Below are positions 43,977 through 54,729 of a DNA stretch of 64,000 nucleotides, piece by piece. The translations under genes and the position numbers were made by a program. Below the pieces are notes generated by a model. That model ran no database searches. It was not told the DNA's origin and was given only the letters and a program-made list of their open reading frames with translations. Each line of letters begins with the position of its first letter. Position 1 is the first letter of the stretch. This DNA comes from an uncultured Alphaproteobacteria bacterium (lineage in GTDB: Bacteria > Pseudomonadota > Alphaproteobacteria > Rhodobacterales > Rhodobacteraceae): positions 380,507-444,506 of the forward strand of contig CAVORP010000001.1 of the NCBI GenBank assembly GCA_963698645.1. Direction: 5' to 3'.

Positions 43977-45779
43977 CTATTCGCCCAGCGCGATCCCTTC
44001 GCGGCGCGGATCGGCCCCGCCCTTCAGCCCCTCGGGCGTCACCGCGACGGCATGAAGGCCCGAGTTCAGGGATCGCACACTGGTCTCGTATCCCATCGCC
44101 TGAAGCTCTTCCTGCAACGCCTCTGCACCCGTGCCCTCCTCGATGTCATAGGTTCCGAACCGGTTCACCAGATGCGGCGCGGCAATCGCGGCCTGCACAT
44201 CCATCCCCCAATCCAGATGGGCGATGATCGTCTTGGCCACATAGCCGATGATCCGGCTGCCGCCCGGACTGCCCACCACCAGCACGGGCGTGCCATCCTT
44301 CAGAACGATGGTCGGCGCCATGGAAGAGCGCGGGCGCTTGCCCGGTTCGACCCGGTTCGCGATCGGGCCAGCCATCGGCATGGGTTCGGAAACTGAAATC
44401 GGTCAGCTCGTTGTTCAGAAGGAAGCCGTTCGTCATCAGCCGCGATCCGAACCCGTTCTCGATCGTCGTCGTCATCGACAGGGCATTTCCGGCCGCATCG
44501 ACGATCGAGATATGCGAGGTCGACGGGAACTCGATCGATGCATCCGTCCCCCACATCAGCGCGTGATCGTATTCCGGACTGCCGGCCGTCACTTCCGGCA
44601 GCGCATCGTCACCGGCCAGAAGCGCGCCGCGTTCGGCAAGGTATCCGGGCGCGACCAGACCCTCCACCGGAACCGGCACGAAATCGCTATCGGCCATGTA
44701 GCGCCCGCGATCCGCGAAGGCGAGCCGCGACGCGTCGCCGATCAGCCGCCATGCGTCACCGCTTTCGGCCCCCATCGCCGCAAGATCGTACCCGCCCAGC
44801 ATGCCCAGGATCTGGCCCACCGTCAGCGCCCCGGACGATGGCGGCCCCATCCCGCAGACATCATGCGCGCGGTATTCGACACAGACCGCGGGCCGCTCCA
44901 ACACCCGGTAGATTGCCAGATCGGCGGCGCTCAGAACGCCGGGGTTTCCCTCGGCCCCGCGTACGGTCGTCACGATATCCTGCGCGATCTGCCCGGCGTA
45001 GATCGCATCCGCCCCTTCCGTCGCCAGCCGCCGCAACGTGGCGGCATATTGCGGGTTGCGAAGCGTGTCGCCCGCCGCCAGAGCCTCGCCGCCCGGAAAG
45101 AAATAGGCCTCGGTCGCCGGGAAGCGCCGCAACCGGTCTTCGCCCTCAACCACAAGTTCGGCAAGACGCGCGGAGACCGCAAACCCTTCATCGGCAAGCG
45201 AAATCGCCTCGTCGAACAGACCGGACCACTCCGCGCTGCCCCAGCGCTCATGGGCCGCCTGCATCAATGCGGGCGTCCCCGGAACGCCCACCGAACGTCC
45301 ACCCACGACCGCATCCCAAAAATCCAGCGGCTCGCCAGCCTCGTCCTGAAACAGGCGCGGCGTTGCCGCCAATGGCGCGGTCTCGCGCCCGTCCAGCGTC
45401 GTCACCTCACCGCTTTCGGCGTCGTACCACACCAGAAACGCACCGCCTCCCAGTCCCGAAGACTGCGGCTCCACAAGCCCCAGAACGGCCTGAACCGCCA
45501 CCATGGCATCGGCCGCGGTGCCGCCCTCGCGCAGCACGCGCGCGCCCGCCTCCACCGCAAGCGGATTCGCCGCCGCCACCATCCAGTTCGTCGGCATCGA
45601 CCGGTTGGCCGGCATCCTTGGCGGCAATCGCGGCCCGCGCGGCCTCGGACACGTCCTGAAACACATCGGTGACGCCCCCGGCCTCGGGCGCGATCGCGTC
45701 GGTCGATTGTTGCGCCAGAACCGGCTGGGCCAGAATTCAATGAAAGAACGGAGGTTGCGCAAATAATGCTGCGGTGCAT
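43977..45779 (-). CDS. ggt: gamma-glutamyltransferase (frameshifts near 44378, 45589, 45736)
   Basis: VEPQSSGLGGG, DGRETAP, TSHISIVD, LNNELTDF, RPRSSMAP, GSPGGSRI. Confidence 0.93.
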
Positions 45780-45915
45780 GGGGCTCTCCATGGGTATGAA
45801 AGGAATATCGAGGCAGCCTGCACCCACAGGCTCAACCTGACAACCCCCGCACACCGTTGCCTTTGTCGGCCATTTTGCTAGGTCTGGCCCAAGCGCAGCC
45901 GCCAGCAGGGAAAAG

Positions 45916-46521
45916 ATGGACAGAACCGGACTGCCTATCGCGCGTCCCGGCATGGTGATCGGGCTTCTCGGCGGCTCCTTCGATCCCGCGCACAAGGGCC
46001 ATGCTCATATCACCCGCGAAGCGCTCAAACGGTTCGGGCTCGATCGCGTCTGGTGGCTTGTCTCACCGGGCAACCCGCTGAAGGAAAAGGGCCCCGCGCC
46101 GCTCCCACGCCGCATGAACGCGGCCCGGCAGGTCATGGATCATCCACGCGTCGTGGTCACGGATATCGAATACAGACTGGGCACACGCTATACTGCCGAG
46201 ACCCTGAAGGCGCTTCAGGCACTCTATCCGGGCGTCACCTTCGTCTGGCTTATGGGGGCCGACAATTTCGCCACCTTCCACCATTGGGAGAATTGGGAAT
46301 GGATCATCGAGAACGTTCCCCTTGGCATTCTGGCCCGCCCCGGTGAACGGATTTCGGCCCGCATGTCGCGCGCAGCAAATCACTATGCCCACCATCGCAT
46401 CCCCGGCAGACAGGCCCTGAGACTGAGCACCGCGCCCGCCCCCCGCTGGTGCTTCGTCAATGTTCCCCTCGACAGCACCTCGTCGACCGAGATCCGCGAA
46501 AAGGGCGGCTGGCAGTCATGA
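45916..46521 (+). CDS. nadD: nicotinate-nucleotide adenylyltransferase
   Basis: [31 protein letters not shown]. Confidence 0.95.
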   Translation: MDRTGLPIARPGMVIGLLGGSFDPAHKGHAHITREALKRFGLDRVWWLVSPGNPLKEKGPAPLPRRMNAARQVMDHPRVVVTDIEYRLGTRYTAETLKALQALYPGVTFVWLMGADNFATFHHWENWEWIIENVPLGILARPGERISARMSRAANHYAHHRIPGRQALRLSTAPAPRWCFVNVPLDSTSSTEIREKGGWQS

Positions 46522-46606
46522 GCCAAAGCGCCGGGAAAGCCACGTCGGGAAAATTCGCGACATCCGCACCTTGCTGTAGGCCGACGAAGCCGGTTTACTC
46601 CGCACC

Positions 46607-48070
46607 ATGACCAATCGGCTTTCGCGTCGCTTCATCCTGTCCGGGCTTGCCGCATCGGCGGCATGGCCCGCGCTTGCCGAGGCTCCGCTGACCTCGCCCC
46701 GGCCCCGTCCGCGCGGCGATCCGGGCGCGCCGCCTGCCCCCGAAAGCGCGGGCAGCCTGATCGAGGCCGCCGGCCTTGGCGGTGCCGTGGGCTATCTCGC
46801 CATGAACGCCGATACCGGTGCAGTCATCGACGCCTTCAACCCGAAATTGCGCCTGCCGCCCGCCTCCGTCACCAAGGCCGCGACGGCCTTTTATGCCCTG
46901 AACCATCTTGGAGCAGCGCACCGCTTCGAGACAGAGCTACTGGCAACCGGACCGATCAATGCCGGTCGGATCGAGGGCGACCTCGTATTGCGCGGCGGCG
47001 GCGATCCCACGCTCGACACCGATGCCCTCGCCGATATGATCGTCGCCCTGAAAGACGCGGGAATTCATGAAGTTACCGGCAGCTTCAGGGTCGATGCATC
47101 GGCGCTGCCCACTTTGCCCTTCATCGACCCCGATCAGCCGGATCACGTGGGCTACAACCCTGCACTTTCGGGACTGAACCTCAATTTCAACCGCGTTCAT
47201 TTCGAATGGAAGCGGGGCAACAACGGCTATGATGTCACGATGCAGGCCCGCGCAACCCGGTTTCGCCCCGAGGTCGACCTTGCCCGGATGGAGATCGCCG
47301 ACCGCAAGATGCCGGTCTACACCTACGACACCGATGGCAACCGCGATCGATGGACGGTGGCACGGGGTGCCCTGGGCAAGGAAGGCGCACGCTGGCTCCC
47401 CGTCAGGCGCCCCGCCGATTACACCGCCGAGGTCTTTCGCACCCTTGCGCGTTCCTACGGGATCGTGCTCCGTCCGGGCCCCGACGCGACGGGTGTTCTG
47501 GGACAGCGCATCGTAGCCCACCAAAGCCCGCCCCTCAGCGACATGCTGGGCGAGATGCTGCGCTATTCGACGAACCTCACGGCAGAGGCCGTCGGGATCT
47601 CCACGACGCAGTCCAACGGCGGCCATCCCGCCAGCCTGATCCGTTCGGCGCGCGAGATGAACCTCTGGATGAACGGACCGCTCGGCACTCGCACGACCGG
47701 CTTTGTCGATCATTCGGGGCTCGGCTACGGCTCGCGGATCTGCGCCTCCGACATGGTGCACATCATGATGTCGGCCCGGCGGGCAGGTCTCCTGCCGAAG
47801 CTTCTGAAGGACTTCAGAACCGAAGCTCCCGAAGTTGCGGTTCTTGCCAAGACCGGAACACTGAATTTCGTCAGCGCCCTATCGGGATATGCGACGGCCC
47901 CCGGCAGCGCGCCCGTCGTCTTCGCGATCTTCACCGCCGACATGCCCCGGCGCGACGCGATCCGGATCGAGGAACGCGAGCGCCCACCCGGTGCCCGAAG
48001 CTGGGCGAACCGGTCGCGCAGCCTGCAGAAGAAACTTATCGATCGCTGGGTCTCGATGGCCCGGGCCTGA
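46607..48070 (+). CDS. dacB: D-Ala-D-Ala carboxypeptidase/endopeptidase (PBP4), Tat signal
   Basis: SRRFIL twin-arginine; PASVTK, YSTN, DHSGL, AKTGTL. Confidence 0.93.
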   Translation: MTNRLSRRFILSGLAASAAWPALAEAPLTSPRPRPRGDPGAPPAPESAGSLIEAAGLGGAVGYLAMNADTGAVIDAFNPKLRLPPASVTKAATAFYALNHLGAAHRFETELLATGPINAGRIEGDLVLRGGGDPTLDTDALADMIVALKDAGIHEVTGSFRVDASALPTLPFIDPDQPDHVGYNPALSGLNLNFNRVHFEWKRGNNGYDVTMQARATRFRPEVDLARMEIADRKMPVYTYDTDGNRDRWTVARGALGKEGARWLPVRRPADYTAEVFRTLARSYGIVLRPGPDATGVLGQRIVAHQSPPLSDMLGEMLRYSTNLTAEAVGISTTQSNGGHPASLIRSAREMNLWMNGPLGTRTTGFVDHSGLGYGSRICASDMVHIMMSARRAGLLPKLLKDFRTEAPEVAVLAKTGTLNFVSALSGYATAPGSAPVVFAIFTADMPRRDAIRIEERERPPGARSWANRSRSLQKKLIDRWVSMARA

Positions 48071-48960
48071 TGGCGGATAGACCTCTTCTGGGTATTCTTC
48101 TGATGCTCGGATTCTGCACCGTCGCTCCCTTGGCCGACAGCATGGCCAAGCTGATCGGAACGGGCCTGCCGCTGCTCATGGTCCTTGTGGCCCGCTTCGG
48201 ATTTCAGGTCATCCTGCTGCTGCCGCTCGCCCTTGTCGCGGGTCAGCCACTGGTCTGGTCGCCGCGCATCATGGGACTTGTCTCCCTCAGGACCCTGCTG
48301 CACGTCCTGGGCATCGGAACCATGTTCCTGTCCCTGCGATTCCTGCCCCTGGCCGATGCCATCGCAATCGCCTTCGTGATGCCGTTCATACTTCTGCTTC
48401 TCGGGCGTTTCGTGCTGGGGGAGGAGGTGGGCATGCGCCGCATCATCGCCTGCACCATCGGGTTTCTCGGCACGCTTCTGGTCATTCAACCCAGCTTTGC
48501 CGCCATCGGCCCGCCGGCCCTCCTGCCGCTCATCGTCGCCGTGGTCTTCGCCGCCTTCATCCTCGTCACCCGGCAGATTTCGCGCGTGACCGAACCGATC
48601 GCCCTGCAGGTCACGAGCGGCGCAATGGCCCTTGCGGTGCTGGTCCCGCTGATCCTCATCGGTCATGCGGCCGGCCTGCCCGAGATGGGGTTCGCCCGGC
48701 CCACGGAACATCAGTTTGGCCTTCTCGCGGCAGTTGGCGTCCTCGGCACGCTCGGCCATCTCCTGATGACATGGAGCCTCCGCTTCGCCCCCGCCAGCAC
48801 ACTTGCTCCCATGCAATATCTCGAGATCCCCGTGGCTGCGGCGCTTGGCTGGGCAATCTTCAGCGACTTCCCGAACGGGATGGCCCTTGCCGGGATCTGC
48901 GTCACCGTCGCCGCCGGGCTCTACATCGTGGTTCGAGAGCGCGCGCTCAGCCGGGCGTAA
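48070..48960 (+). CDS. DMT/EamA family transporter
   Basis: MADRPLLGILL, LPLADAIAIAFVMP, APASTLAPMQY. Confidence 0.9.
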   Translation: MADRPLLGILLMLGFCTVAPLADSMAKLIGTGLPLLMVLVARFGFQVILLLPLALVAGQPLVWSPRIMGLVSLRTLLHVLGIGTMFLSLRFLPLADAIAIAFVMPFILLLLGRFVLGEEVGMRRIIACTIGFLGTLLVIQPSFAAIGPPALLPLIVAVVFAAFILVTRQISRVTEPIALQVTSGAMALAVLVPLILIGHAAGLPEMGFARPTEHQFGLLAAVGVLGTLGHLLMTWSLRFAPASTLAPMQYLEIPVAAALGWAIFSDFPNGMALAGICVTVAAGLYIVVRERALSRA

Positions 48961-49600
48961 GCGCCGCGATCGCCACCGCCAGCGCCGCGCGCGGCACGAT
49001 CACAAGCATGCCGTCGCCCTCGAAACCCAGCCGCACCGGCCCGATCACTTCGTTCGAGGTCCCGATCCGACCGTCGGGGGCAAAGCGGATACCGTCGATC
49101 GGCCAGCGCAGGCCGGCACTTCGGCCCTCGACCCCTGCCATCGGGAAAAGCGAGAGCCTGCTACCCTCGGGAAGGTCCATCACAAGCGTGCGCGGGGCAT
49201 GAAAGGCCACATCGTGACTTCCGATGACAATGCAGCGCCGCTCCGGATGGCGCACGAGCGCGTTATAGACCGCCAACTCATGATCCAGACGCCGCCCGGC
49301 AAAGCCGATCGCGAGAATCAGCGGCGCGTCGATGCGGCTCAGGCACTTCTCGAAATCCGTGGTTTCCTGCTCCGCAATGGGATGGATACGGTCGATTGGT
49401 ATCGTTTCGCGCACCAATTGTGGCAATGAGTTGAAATCGCCGATCACCGCGTCGGGGGTCCGCCCCGTCGCCATCGCAGTTTCCGCGCCCCCATCCGCCG
49501 CCACGAGAATCGGCGCAAATGGTAGGATTTCCTCAATATCCTCGACAGATACTGCGCTCGCGCCCAGAAGCGTCACGGAATTTTGAGTCGATACGATCAT
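48947..49600 (-). CDS. thiN: thiamine diphosphokinase
   Basis: AADGGA, IGDFNS, QETTDFEKCL, GRRLDH, GLRWP, GTSN. Confidence 0.9.
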   Translation of the reverse strand: MIVSTQNSVTLLGASAVSVEDIEEILPFAPILVAADGGAETAMATGRTPDAVIGDFNSLPQLVRETIPIDRIHPIAEQETTDFEKCLSRIDAPLILAIGFAGRRLDHELAVYNALVRHPERRCIVIGSHDVAFHAPRTLVMDLPEGSRLSLFPMAGVEGRSAGLRWPIDGIRFAPDGRIGTSNEVIGPVRLGFEGDGMLVIVPRAALAVAIAALTPG

Positions 49601-49748
49601 GCAAAACCTTTGAATATTTGTGTTCGCGATGGAAACAGAGCACAATCGGGCGTCGAATAAATCCACCGAATTGCCACAGTCTGTTCCCATTTGCAGGTCA
49701 GAACGCAGTTAACAAGTTTTTGCTGGATCGGGGGAGAAAGCGAAGAAG

Positions 49749-52369
49749 ATGGTTGGTGCGAGCAAAATCCTCACCGTCTCGTATGGGACGTTTTCCTGTA
49801 CTCTGGAGGGTTTCGACGACCCGTTCTCGACGATGCGTGGCATCGCCGAGTATTTTCGTGATCTCGCTGCCGACGATCGCTATTTCGGTGCAGAGCCGCC
49901 GACCCCCGATGCCGAGATGCTGCACAAGATCGCCCAGCGCGAAGTGCAGCGCCGGGTCGAGGCGCAGGTCAAGGATGATGGTATCGTCCTGCGCCAGCTT
50001 GGCGGTGCATCCGACAAGGCCGATGCCGCTCCCACCCCTCCGGCGGCGCCGACCGTCGAGGAAGACGAAGATGCTGCCCCCGCAGTTGCCGTAGCTGACT
50101 CCCAGGGTGAGGCCAAAGCCGATGACAGGAACATGTTCGTCGATCTCGACGACGTGTCCGACAACGACGACGATGATTCCGACTACGATTTCGCCGGCGA
50201 TCAGGTATCCGACCGCGACGATGCACAGCAGTGGATCGAGACACCGCGCGCCAAATCTTCAGAAGAGGCCAGCGTCGCGGCCAAGCTGAGCCGCATCCGC
50301 GCTGTCGTCTCGAGCGGTGCTGCCGCCACGCCCGTCAGTGCATTCTCGGGATCCATCGATACCGCGTTTGACGATATCGACCCCTTCGAAGACAGCGCAT
50401 TGAACGGCCCTGCGATCACTGCCGACGATCTGGACATGGATTTCGGCTATTCCGATACCGCCCAACCCGCCGAGGCCAGCACCGAGAACGTATCGGACCT
50501 GAAAGCCGACGATATCGTCGAGGCATCCGAAGCCCTCTACGGGCAGGATGAAGAGGAAAAGGCCGAGGCCGCACCAGAAACTACCGATGATCTCACCGAC
50601 ACGCCCGAGGTTGCGGAAGAGACCATCGCCACCGAGGACGCGGATCACGCCGACGCCGATACGGCGCTGGACCTCTCGGAAGACGCGATGATCGCCGAAA
50701 CCGAGGCCGAGGACCTGGCAGAGCTCGAAGCGATGGACGGCCTCGAAGGCGACACGGCCGAAGAGACCGCCGGCGATCTGGCCGTCGAGGACGAAGAATT
50801 CGCCGTCGCGGCCCTCGAGAACGCACCGGAAACAGACACGACCGAAGCCGTCGCGGAAGTCGCGGAGGTCGACACCGATCTGGCCGATGCCGAGACGCTC
50901 GAGGCCGAACAAACCGAGGAATCCGATTTCTCTGCCGAAGAGGATGCCGCCTCTGACGCAGAGCCAGAGATGCTGGAAGACGCGCCAGCGACCGAGACGA
51001 TCGCGGCAGCCCCCGAGGATGTCGCCCCGACCGAACCGGTCGAAGCCCCCGTCGCAGAAGTGGCCGAAACCCCGGTCGAGGAAGAGCGCAAGCTTGGCCT
51101 TGCCGCACGCATCATCAAACTCAAGCGCGCCGCGCTCGAGATGTCGGCAAAGCCTGCCGAGGGCGAAATGCCTCCTGCTCCGGCCCAGACGGAAGAAGCG
51201 GTGCACCATGTGATCGAGGAAAACGGTCCGGAGCCGCTTGAGCCGATGGCATCCATGGATGATTTCGAAGACACGGCGATGTTCGACGATGACATCGACG
51301 CGGACGAAATCCTTGCGGAAGAAACAACCGAAGAGATCGCCGAAGCCGCCGAGGAGACAACAGAGGAAGACTTCGCCGAAACCACCGCTGAAGCAGAAGC
51401 ACCGGTTCAGGCCGACACGTCTTTCGACTGACGACGATCTCGACGATGACGATTTCGACGATGACGACGACTTCGACTGGGACGAACCGGAAGCAGAAGC
51501 CGCCGAAGCCGAAGCGGCGTCCACCGAAGACGAGGATTCGCGCAAGACCAGCGCCATGATCGCCGCAATCGCCGCAGCCGCGCGCTCGGCCGAGGAAAAA
51601 TACGTCGAGGAAGAGCCCGAGCCGGTCAAGAAGAAGGAGCGCGCGATCACGCGCCCCGTCTTCGAAGCCGAAGAGGGCAGCGGCGAGGCCTTCGAACGCA
51701 TTCTCGAGCAGACCAATTCGCAGCTCGACGATTCCGAAGGCAACCGCCGCCGCTCGGCGATCGCCCACCTCAAGGCCGCCGTCGCCGCGACAAAGGCGGA
51801 CCGGCTCCTGCGCCGCCGCAAGCCCGAGGAAGAACAGACCGCCGAGGAACAGAGCCAGTATCGCGATGACCTGGCAAAGGTCGTGCGTCCGCAGCGCCCG
51901 GTCACCGAACCGCGCGAGCCGGTGGAACGTCCTGAAATGCTTCAGGAAAAGCCCGCGCCCCTGATGCTGGTCTCGGAACTGCGCGTAGACACTGCGGGCG
52001 AGACCCATGATGCGATCGGTGCTGCCCCGCCGCGTCAACACCGATACCATCGATTATGGCGATGGGGTCGAAGGCATATCGACCAGCTTTGCCGAATTCG
52101 TACAGGAAATGGGTGCCACCGAACTTCCCGAACTTCTGGAAGCGGCGGCCGCCTATACTGCCTTCGTCGAGGGTCGCAAGGAATTCTCGCGCCCGCAACT
52201 GATGCGCCGCGTCGCGAATTTCGAGCAGGAGGGTTTCACCCGCGAAGCCGGCCTGCGGTCCTTCGGCCAGCTGCTGCGTCAGGGCAAGATCCAGAAGCTC
52301 AAGCGCGGTCAGTTCACGATCGCCGACGATACCCGCTTCAATCCCGAGGCGCGACTGGCCGGCGAATAA
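49749..52369 (+). CDS. large acidic low-complexity protein, about 870 aa once frameshifts near 51420 and 52026 are joined
   Basis: N-terminal [20 protein letters not shown]...RYFGAEPP, long D/E/A-rich middle, [28 protein letters not shown], globular C-terminus. Confidence 0.75.
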
Positions 52370-52392
52370 ACCGCGCCACATCCAAAACGACC

Positions 52393-52427
52393 AAGGCGGA
52401 GATGTCACAGACATCTCCGCCTTTTTT
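52393..52427 (+). terminator. intrinsic terminator
   Basis: AAGGCGGAGATGT-CACAG-ACATCTCCGCCTT followed by TTTT. Confidence 0.9.
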
Positions 52428-52449
52428 CATGGCCCGGTCACATGTCCCG

Positions 52450-52683
52450 TCAGTCTTCGGTGCGATCCTGCGCATCGGGATCAGCCTGCCCGATCCCGCG
52501 AAAGATCTTCCGGAACGGAAACGCCCATAGAATGCCCAGCCCAACATAAATCGCCAGTTCCAGCCACAGGGGTGGCCGATCCAGCGCATTCACGATCGTG
52601 ACGGACACGACGATGTAGACCGGCAGCGCGATCACCAGAATGAACAGCGCCCACCGTCGGCGCGCTTTGTAAGACAACGCCAT
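52450..52683 (-). CDS. DUF2842 small membrane protein
   Basis: [13 protein letters not shown]..., two TM, WAFPF...F.GIG..DPD; overlaps purA stop. Confidence 0.8.
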   Translation of the reverse strand: MALSYKARRRWALFILVIALPVYIVVSVTIVNALDRPPLWLELAIYVGLGILWAFPFRKIFRGIGQADPDAQDRTED

Positions 52684-53976
52684 CAGTCGGCGAACGGATC
52701 GGTGACAAGGATCGTGTCGTCCCGCTCGGGCGAGGTCGACACAAGCGCCACCGGGCACTGGATCAGTTCTTCGATCCGGCGGACATACTTGATCGCCTGC
52801 GCCGGCAGATCGGCCCAGCTGCGCGCGCCCGCCGTCGTCTCCTTCCACCCTTCGATGGTCTCATAGATGGGCTCGACACGGGCCTGCTGATCCGCCGCCG
52901 TGGGCAGGTAGTCAAGCTCGCGTCCGTCAAGGCGGTAACCCACGCAGATCTTCAACTCCTCCAGTCCGTCCAGCACGTCCATCTTGGTCAGCGCGATGCC
53001 GTTCACCCCCGACAGGGCACAGGTCTGCCGCACCAGAACCGCATCGAACCAGCCACAGCGGCGCGACCGCCCGGTCACGGTTCCCTTCTCGCGCCCGACC
53101 CGCGCCAGATGTTCGCCGATCTCGTCGTCCAACTCACAGGGAAACGGCCCCTCGCCCACGCGGGTCGTATAGGCCTTCACGATCCCCAGAACGAAATCGA
53201 TGGCTCCCGGTCCGACACCTGTGCCGGTCGCCGCCATGCCGGAAAGCGTGGTCGAGGATGTGACGAAAGGATAGGTCCCGAAGTCCACGTCCAGAAGCGA
53301 CCCCTGCGCCCCTTCGAACAGGATCCGCCGACCTTCGCGCCGCTTGTCGTTCAGCACTTTCCACACCGGTGCCGCGAAGCGCAGGATCTTGGGCGCGATT
53401 TCCAAGCAGGCTGGCCTTCAGCACCTCGCCATCCACCTCGTCAAGACCAAGGCCGCGCCGCAGCGCATTGTGATGGGTCAGAAGCCGCCCAATTCGCGTG
53501 TCCAGCGTCGGCGCATCGGCCAGATCCGCAACGCGTACCGACCGGCGCCCCACCTTGTCTTCATAGGCGGGTCCGATCCCGCGCCCGGTCGTGCCGATCT
53601 TGGCCACGGCATTAGAGCTCTCGCGCGCCCGGTCCAACTCGCCATGCAGCGGCAGGATCAGCGGCGTGTTCTCGGCGATCATCAGGTTCTCGGGGGTCAC
53701 GGTCACGCCCTGCCCTTCGATCTTGGCGATTTCATCGACCAGCGCCCACGGGTCAAGAACAACGCCATTGCCGATGACCGAAAGCTTGCCGGGCCGCAAG
53801 ATACCCGACGGCAGCAGCGACAGCTTGTAGACCTCGCCGTCGATCACCAGCGTATGACCGGCATTGTGGCCACCCTGAAAGCGCGCGATCACATCGGCGC
53901 GCTCCGACAGCCAGTCAACGATCTTGCCCTTACCCTCGTCGCCCCATTGCGCGCCGACCACTACGACGTTTGCCAT
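52683..53976 (-). CDS. purA: adenylosuccinate synthetase (frameshift near 53401)
   Basis: [47 protein letters not shown]. Confidence 0.97.
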
Positions 53977-54211
53977 GCCTGCCTCCGATTGGCGAAACCC
54001 GCGCCGGTATAGCGACCTGACGGTCCGGGCGAAACCCGCGAAATGGTGCATCTCCCAACCGGAACGCACCGCCTCCGGTTGCTACCGCTGGCGTGCCGGC
54101 AAGATGGGGTCGCGGATGAATCACACCCCGGCCGGCCACAGCCTGCCCAGAGGGGTTGCGGGCGCGGTCGCAAGCGCATAGATAGCCCGCTGTTAGTCGC
54201 GGAAAGTCCCC

Positions 54212-54568
54212 ATGGAAAACGTCGTCCTTATCGTCCACCTGATCCTCGCGCTTTGCCTTATCGCGGTCGTGCTCCTGCAGCGCTCCGAAGGCGGCGGTCT
54301 TGGGATGGGTGGCGGCGGTGGCGGCGTGTCCTCGCGCAGCGCCCTGACCGGTCTGCACAAGCTGACATGGGCTTTCGCGATCGCCTTTATCGCGACGTCG
54401 ATCACCCTGACGATCTTTGCGGCACGCAACTCGGCGGATACCTCGGTCATCGACCGTCTTGGCATCGAAGCGCCCTCCGGCGATGTGTCGCCGCTTCTTC
54501 CCGCCGACGGTTCGCTCCTGCCGCCACCGGCGGAAGGCGATCCGCTGGTGCCCCCTCCGGTCGAGTAA
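54212..54568 (+). CDS. secG: preprotein translocase subunit SecG
   Basis: VLLQRSEGGGLG between two TM helices; upstream of pyrG. Confidence 0.94.
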   Translation: MENVVLIVHLILALCLIAVVLLQRSEGGGLGMGGGGGGVSSRSALTGLHKLTWAFAIAFIATSITLTIFAARNSADTSVIDRLGIEAPSGDVSPLLPADGSLLPPPAEGDPLVPPPVE

Positions 54569-54624
54569 TCGGCTTCTTTAGGGTCGCCAGATCCAAAAAC
54601 CACATCATATTGCGGTCTCCGGGC

Positions 54625-54719
54625 TTGTTACCGCGCCGCGAATCCTTTAGGGCTTAAATCCCGTGGGATGCGTTGCTTCGACCTTGCGCCAGCACCCCTG
54701 ATGGACATCCGGCACGGGA
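54625..54719 (+). promoter_or_regulatory. putative pyrG sigma70 promoter plus RBS-sequestering leader stem
   Basis: TTGTTA-N17-TAGGGC; TCCCGTG-GGATG pairs with CATCC-GG-CACGGGA. Confidence 0.5.
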
Positions 54720-54729
54720 ACAATACCTT

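Noticed and set aside
49749-52369. Calling the acidic protein a CheA-like kinase or lipoprotein
   Set aside because: No Hpt or HATPase boxes and no lipobox or signal peptide are visible
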